From the human T2T-CHM13v2.0 reference genome, Homo sapiens, in NCBI RefSeq assembly GCF_009914755.1, contig NC_060929.1: a stretch of DNA of 64,000 bases; one strand, 5' to 3'. Each line of letters begins with the position of its first letter. Position 1 is the first letter of the stretch. Below the pieces are notes generated by a model. That model did no database searches. It was not told where the DNA came from and worked only from the letters and a program-made list of their open reading frames with translations. This document shows, one piece after another, positions 57,851-64,000 of the stretch. A program made the position numbers and the translations under genes.

Positions 57851-58769
57851 GGGTTTACAAAGTGCATGACACAGTCCCTGGCATGTGGCAGGTACCAGAT
57901 ACCTGAAGGAGTGCACATGTGTCCACATACCCTGCAGCTGCCCCAGCCTCTCTTCTTCCTTGCTAGCCACCTATAGGGACATCAGCCCCTGTCTGCCTGA
58001 GGAAAGGAGGAAGCCTGTGAAGCCCTGTTATGTAAGGCTCCTCCCGGTGGGCAGATGGATGAGCAGGGCCCTGACAGGTGGCAGTGTCAGCACCTTCCCC
58101 AAGACCTGAGGGGAAGGGTGAAGGCTGTAGCCCGGAGGCAGGAATGTGAGGAAAGATGCCAGCAACAGGGCTGTTGCTGGCAGGTGTGGGAGCCTGTGCC
58201 CAGCTGGGAGCTTCATGTCTTGGCTACAGCAGGGCTTATACCCAGCCTTCCATCTAGGCTTGCCCTGGGCTTCCAATAACCAAGTGCCGAGGGACTGTGC
58301 CAGGCCTCCTCACCATGAGCCACCCTTCTCCAGGCCTGGTAATAAAGGGGCCATGAACCCTATTCACTACTAGGAGAGATGCCTGAAGCTCTTAAGGAGT
58401 CTGGCTAAATTCACCCAGTCAGGAATTGCACTCACAGAGTGGGGACGAACCCAGGCCACAGCCCCTCATTACTGACTTGCTCCAAAGATGTCCCGTTTCC
58501 TCTGTGCCAGGAGTCAGAGATCACTCATCCATGCTCCCAGCCAACAGCATCCTTGCAAACGGGCTTTTCAAAGTGGGAAGTTGAACCTTGGTTGCAGATG
58601 ATGTCTCCAGGGCCCTGACCCGTGCAGATGTGCACTGAGGATACTGTAGAGCTGGGCCTTGGCCCTGGCAGTGACTCCCTGCAGCCAGGTCTTCCTGGGG
58701 AGCCCCTCCTTCCAGCCTGCTGACTGAATCGTCTCTTGATAGAGCAATGCAACTAGTGTTAAGAGTCTT

Positions 58770-59092
58770 GGCTGGGCGCAGTTGGCTCACGCCTGTAATC
58801 CCAGCACTCTGGGAGGCCGAGGCAGGTGGATCACTTGAGGTCAGGAGTTTGAGACCAGCCTGGTCAACATGGCGAAACCCCATCTCTACTAAAAATACAA
58901 AAATTAGCCGGGTGTGGTGGCGGGTGCCTGTAATTCCAGCTACTCGGGAAGCTGAGTCAGGAGAATCGCTTAAACTGCCAGGAGGCGGAGGTTGCAGTGA
59001 GCCGAGATCGCGCCACTGTACTCCAGCCTGGGCCACAGAGTGAGACTCTGTCTCAAAAAAAAAAAAAAAAAAAAAACAGAGAAAAAAGAAAA
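58770..59092 (+). mobile_element. AluS
   Basis: Alu consensus; TSD taagagtc. Confidence 0.9.
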
Positions 59093-59687
59093 GTAAGAGT
59101 CCTGCGGTGCTGAGGAAACAGGAAGTACGGGGGCTGGGCAAGGATGGCCCTGGAGGAAGCCAGGCCCCATCTCCCCTGATTTAGGGGATTGAGGAGGGCC
59201 CTTCCCTGTGTCAGAAAATCCTGTTAGGCCTGAGCTAAGACAAATGGTCAGACTCAGAATCCCCAGACTGGGGGCTAGAAGATGAGGAAAGATAGCTGTG
59301 CTTCTTCCAGGGTGTGCTGGGGTAGGCCTGGGTCCTCAGGCCATGCCCTGCTTTAGGGGGCTGGAGGCTATAAGCAACCTCCCAGACAAGCCAAACCTGA
59401 GATGAGGAGGCCAATAAGGGTTTTCTGGACAGGGGAGACGCACCTCCAGGAATTGAGTGCCCAGAAAGACCAAGAGGCTTTCTAGGGGGTGGGACTGCTT
59501 GGGCAAAGTCTTGGGGGCTAGTGGGCGGGGTACTGGACACTGTGACTTGAGTGGTACCCCCTTCGCTGAGGCCTGTGGTTTTGGCCACCACTTTTCTTTG
59601 ACAGCTGGGCTTCCTGTATACCCTCATCCCAGTGTCTTCCTCCCTCAGGACTCGCCACACTCACCCACCCTCCTTCTCATTTTTCAG

Positions 59688-59793
59688 CACAAGGCCAATC
59701 AGCCCCCCCACGGTGTCCCCCAACTCTCTCTCTACGAACATTTCAACAGCCCACATCCCACCCCTGCACCTGCGGACATCAGCCAGAAGCAAG
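59688..59793 (+). CDS. TCF7: TCF7 coding exon 4
   Basis: Acceptor cttctcatttttcag|CAC; HKANQPPHGVPQLSLYEHFNSPHPTPAPADISQKQ; donor AAG|gtacaa; 106 nt, phase-compatible with both neighbours. Confidence 0.95.
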
Positions 59794-60579
59794 GTACAAG
59801 CCTGGGATGGGGAGGGGCCCAGTGAAACCAGAGCCTAAGGGCCAAGACCCCAGCTTCTGAGACCAGGTAGCTGGGTCCATTTTATAACTGGAGAACCTGG
59901 GGCTGTGCAAACTAAGGGCCCAAAGAAAATACCAGAAAGATGGACTGGGGGTATAAGGGCATCAGAAAACTGGAAAAGGTGGTGCTAGGTCAAAATGTGA
60001 AGGCTTCAGGTTGAAGCCTAAATCCCATGGGTGACCCCGCTGCCAGTATGGCAGCATTGCTGAGAACTGTAAAACTGTAGCCTTTCCTCCTCTCAGTGAG
60101 AAAATGGAAAGTGGTGGTTGTGATGGCTGATTCACCTCAGCCTCAGGCAAAGTCATTCTGAAATCCCTCATTGTCAGCTGTGGGAAACCTGCTGACTCAA
60201 CCCTGGGGGGCAGGTGGAGCCTTGGCTCCCCAGGCTGGGCTCCCCTAGACCAGGGGCCTGCCTCCTGCCCAGAAAGCTAGGCTGGAGTCCCCCGAGCAGA
60301 GATGCCCCAATGCCTCCATGCCTGAGTGACTTCAGCTCTGCCTACTGGCCCCCTAATGTCTTAGGCAAGTCACCCCAGCCCTCTGCCCTGGGTTCCCTTG
60401 TCTGTCAAAGGGGCACTATTATCACACTGGGATCCTCCTGAATAAACTAGTTTATGTCTGGTCCTCTAGCAAAGCTGGTGGGATCTTAAGGCCCCTGTAG
60501 GAGGTTCTAGGATGCAGTAACTGCTGATATGGCCTGCCAGGTCAGGCTAGCCCACTCACTCAGCTTCTCTCCTCTGCAG

Positions 60580-60667
60580 TTCACAGGCCTCTGCAGACCC
60601 CTGACCTCTCTGGCTTCTACTCCCTGACCTCAGGCAGCATGGGGCAGCTCCCCCACACTGTGAGCTG
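60580..60667 (+). CDS. TCF7: TCF7 coding exon 5
   Basis: Acceptor cttctctcctctgcag|TT; (V)HRPLQTPDLSGFYSLTSGSMGQLPHTVS(W); donor CTG|gtgagt; 88 nt; not in the ORF track. Confidence 0.94.
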
Positions 60668-62276
60668 GTGAGTGTGGGCCCAATGGGAAAGGGGTACCGT
60701 GTGCTGGTCAGACCAAGACCTGCCTGCCCTTCCATTTCCTCCTCCATCCCTCTTGGCTGGCCACCCTGCTGCCAGCTCTGTTTAGATGCCAGGGGCTGGC
60801 CAGCAACTCTGTCCTAACCTGGCTCTGAGCTAGGGGTCCTCATGTACCCCGGCCTGCATTCCCCAGGGAGCCTGACATACTCCCTTTGGAGAGGCAGGAG
60901 AGCTGGTCCCTGGTCCCAGCCCTGTCTCCCTCAGTGTCCAAGAGATCCCCTTAGATGGGAGAACTCTGGGCTGCTAAGGGACCTCCAGGGCCATATGAGT
61001 AACTGAGGAAGAAAGGTGGGCCCGAGCAGGGAGGGGACAGCATGAGTGGCTACCAGAGAGGCTGCTGCTTCTCAGCTCACTGGCCTCAGTGCCTACTGCT
61101 TTTGGTCCTTTCCTTGGCTGAGCTGCTTGAGGGGCAGTGTCCCTCCCTGCCCCTGTGGTGCCTGCTTAAGCCCAAGCCTCTGACCAGCCTGCTTGGAGAT
61201 TCTTAAGGCTGGACCAGGAAAAGGAAGCCTGGCCCCCTAAGCCAGTAGGCCTGACTATGGGCCAAAGGGCCTGTCCTCAGCTGGAGTTGGGCCTTGGCAG
61301 GCTACTTGGCCCTTTACTCATCAACGATAGTTTGAGCTGCGCAGGTCTCTAGCCTATTTCAGAGAGCTGGGCTGTGGCAGTCACCCAACAGCAGGAAAAC
61401 TTGGCTCCCCAAGGAGATCGGGCAGGCCAGAGGCCCAACCTGTGGCCCACTTGCCCTTTACCCATGGTCAGCACCCTCCTCCGTTCCAGCTTCTCCTTGG
61501 ACAATCCATTCTGAATACAAATTAAGACTACTCCCATGAATACCCCTAGGATCAAAGCGTGGCAAGATGCTCAAGAGCCCAGCCTTACTGGACTAGACCA
61601 GGGTTCCGTGGATGCAAATCTGTAGGCCAGCCTTTCAAAAGCATCCCCTAGGCCAGCAGTGCTGAAGACCAAGAGAGTTGAGCCTACAGCAGATTTTACC
61701 CACCAAGGCTGTAAGGAGGGGACTTCAGGCAGCCCTGTGCTCTCGGCTTCCACCCGGTGGCACTTGGCTGTGAGGAAAGAAGTAGGGGTATTTAAGCCAT
61801 CTCTCCACTGAGCCCTATTGTGTGCCGGGCAGGGTTCTGGGCACCAGGGAAGTCGGCACTGCTGAAGCCAACTGATCGTTAGGTCCCTGCCCTCTCAGAA
61901 CTCAGTCTACCTCGTGGGCAACCCAGGCAAAAAACCAGACAGTTACAGGGCACTGTTGGTAGTGCTCTAGTTAGGGACTGTAGGAGCCCAGAGAGGTACC
62001 TCATCCAGCTTGGAATCTCAGGGATTTGAGGAGGAAGGGTCACTTAGCTAAGGAAGACCTGAAGGATGACCAGGAATTGAAGCAGGCAAAGTGGTGCAAA
62101 ACAATCCAGTGTTAACAGTGGCTGCAATGGCCCCAGGACAGATATCAGCCCTATACCGTCAAAGAAACAGAAGCAGGCTGGAGGGGCCCAGGGGCCTGCT
62201 AAGCTGGGTCCCAGGAGAAGGATACCATTTCCATCCCTCAAGCACCCATACAAGTTTATAGAGGGAAACCGCACAA

Positions 62277-62293
62277 GCTGCCCTCTGGTGGCA
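62277..62293 (-). promoter_or_regulatory. CTCF consensus site
   Basis: Reverse complement TGCCACCAGAGGGCAGC closely matches the CTCF core motif. Confidence 0.7.
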
Positions 62294-62424
62294 GATGCTT
62301 GAAATTCCAGCAGAGGCCCATCTGTCTCACAGGATGGGTCAAGGCCTGCCTAGCAAGGTAGGGAAGTCTTTCCTCGTGTCTGGCCAGCAGCCAGACTGCT
62401 AACAGCTATCTCTCCCAACCACAG

Positions 62425-62517
62425 GCCCAGCCCTCCTCTCTACCCCCTGTCCCCTTCCTGCGGATATAGACAGCACTTCCCTGCCCCCACTGCAGCCCCT
62501 GGCGCCCCCTACCCCAG
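62425..62517 (+). CDS. TCF7: TCF7 alternative 93-nt cassette exon (exon IVA type)
   Basis: Acceptor ctcccaaccacag|G; (W)PSPPLYPLSPSCGYRQHFPAPTAAPGAPYP(R); donor CAG|gtgagt; 93 nt, symmetric phase 2/2 so it can be skipped in frame. Confidence 0.88.
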
Positions 62518-63813
62518 GTGAGTCCCCTACACTGCAGCTAGGCTCCTGCTTCCTGTTGCCCAGGCTTCAGAGCCCACACAAGGCCATGCCCAGGCCAGTG
62601 CTTGCCCTGTGTTAGTCGTTTGTCCATCTGTCCGTCTGTCATTTTGCAGCCCCCTGCTGTCCTGTGCCTGAGAATGAAGCTAGTGCAAGTGCCAAGAGGC
62701 CTCAGCCTGGGCCACACCGTGCAGCAGAGCACCACAGAGGCCAGGACAGTACAGGCATATGTGGCTCAGCCCGTGTGCAGATGTGTGTGCACTCACCTCT
62801 GTTCTTCATCCCTACTTAGAAGGACTCTCCTGGGCATCCCCTGAGCTTTGCCCAAGCTGAGACAGCACCTTTTACCTAAGTCCCCAACCTCTGACCCTTA
62901 GGGGCTGCTGGCTCAGGGATAATACCTGTGCAAGCAGTAAGGGGCAGAATGGTCTCCACAGAATAGCAAGAAAGTGAAGTGGGAGGTGTGTGTACATGGA
63001 TCCCTTCACTTAGGTCACTCCTTCAGTGACAGACTCAGTGCAAATATGCAATGGCAGGGGATTCCACAGACATTTGCTGCCCACTGGAGCTCACAGCCCA
63101 GTATAGCAAGTGTAGACATGGCACCGGCAGCTTAATGGGCCAGCTGAGTGATGGGGAAGCCCCAAGGAGACCTCACCAGGCCTGATGGGTCAGGGAGAGC
63201 TTCGCGGAAAGAGTAATAGATCTTTTGCGAGAAGAAAACAAGGGAACAGCCATAACTGGGGCTGCCGGGGAACGGAGAGGGACAGGAAGCAGAGGAGAAG
63301 AGAAGGGGCTAGCAACAGCAGCAGGATGCTCATGCAGGGCTGTGCAGGCCCTTGGGAGCAGCCTGGGTTCTATTCTTTGGACGCTGGGGGAATTTCAGCC
63401 GAAGCAGGCCAGGAACATTCAGGTGTCTCTAATGGTTACTCTGGCTATTGTGTGGAGAGAGGCCTGGAAGGGTCAAGCAGGAGAGGGATGAGGCCTCACA
63501 GGGCAGCCACAGGCTCCTGAGGCTGGGTTGGTAGGGGAAGGACGTGAGAAGGGGACAGATTCAAAAGCTACTTGGGACCTATGTAGTAACCATCTGAATG
63601 GCAATCTATGTAGATTTTTGCAGTGTGTCTGTGTAGTGTGCTGGGAGCAGGTATTTGTATTTATCTCTGTGTACTTATGTCTAGGCCAGTAGGATAGAGT
63701 ATCTATCTGTTCACCTGTGTCCTCAAGTTATGTATTATGCAGGGGCCTCTGTGTGTGTCCAAAGGTCTGGCCCATAATTCTTGGCTCAGTGTTAACTTTC
63801 TTCCTGCCTCCAG

Positions 63814-63933
63814 GTTCACCCACCCATCCTTGATGCTAGGTTCTGGTGTACCTGGTCACCCAGCAGCCATCCCCCACCCGGCCATTGTGCCCCCCTCAGG
63901 GAAGCAGGAGCTGCAGCCCTTCGACCGCAACCT
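63814..63933 (+). CDS. TCF7: TCF7 coding exon preceding the HMG-box exons
   Basis: Acceptor ctttcttcctgcctccag|G; FTHPSLMLGSGVPGHPAAIPHPAIVPPSGKQELQPFDRN(L); donor CCT|gtgagt; 120 nt, phase 2/2. Confidence 0.95.
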
Positions 63934-64000
63934 GTGAGTGAAAAGACAATGATGGCAGGGGGTGTGTCAGTCAGGATACACATGCCTCCCCACCAGGCCT

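Overview
Human (primate) genomic DNA containing the 5' two-thirds of TCF7 (T-cell factor 1, a Wnt/beta-catenin effector) on the + strand and about 36 kb of upstream intergenic sequence. Coding exons were read directly from the sequence: 36536-36784, 36950-37016, 37538-37662, 59688-59793, 60580-60667, a 93-nt cassette exon at 62425-62517, and 63814-63933. They encode the beta-catenin-binding domain and the context-dependent region; the HMG box lies beyond the window. A CpG-island promoter precedes exon 1, and a second TATA/ETS/forkhead promoter in intron 2 fits the short, N-terminally truncated isoforms (ATG 37567). The upstream region is Alu-rich (about 23 copies), has L1M, L2, MIR and MER remnants, and has clusters of T-cell transcription-factor motifs. 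The most notable non-obvious element is a processed retrocopy of the mitochondrial microprotein gene STMP1 (C7orf73) on the - strand (about 2451-3740). It keeps an open 41-aa frame (51 aa from an upstream ATG) with the whole transmembrane segment, and it was missed by the 60-aa ORF track. Nearly all other ORF-track entries are Alu-derived or GC-rich shadow ORFs. There are no prokaryotic systems, CRISPR arrays, tRNAs or rRNAs. Gene and repeat names come from recognising the sequence, not from database searches.
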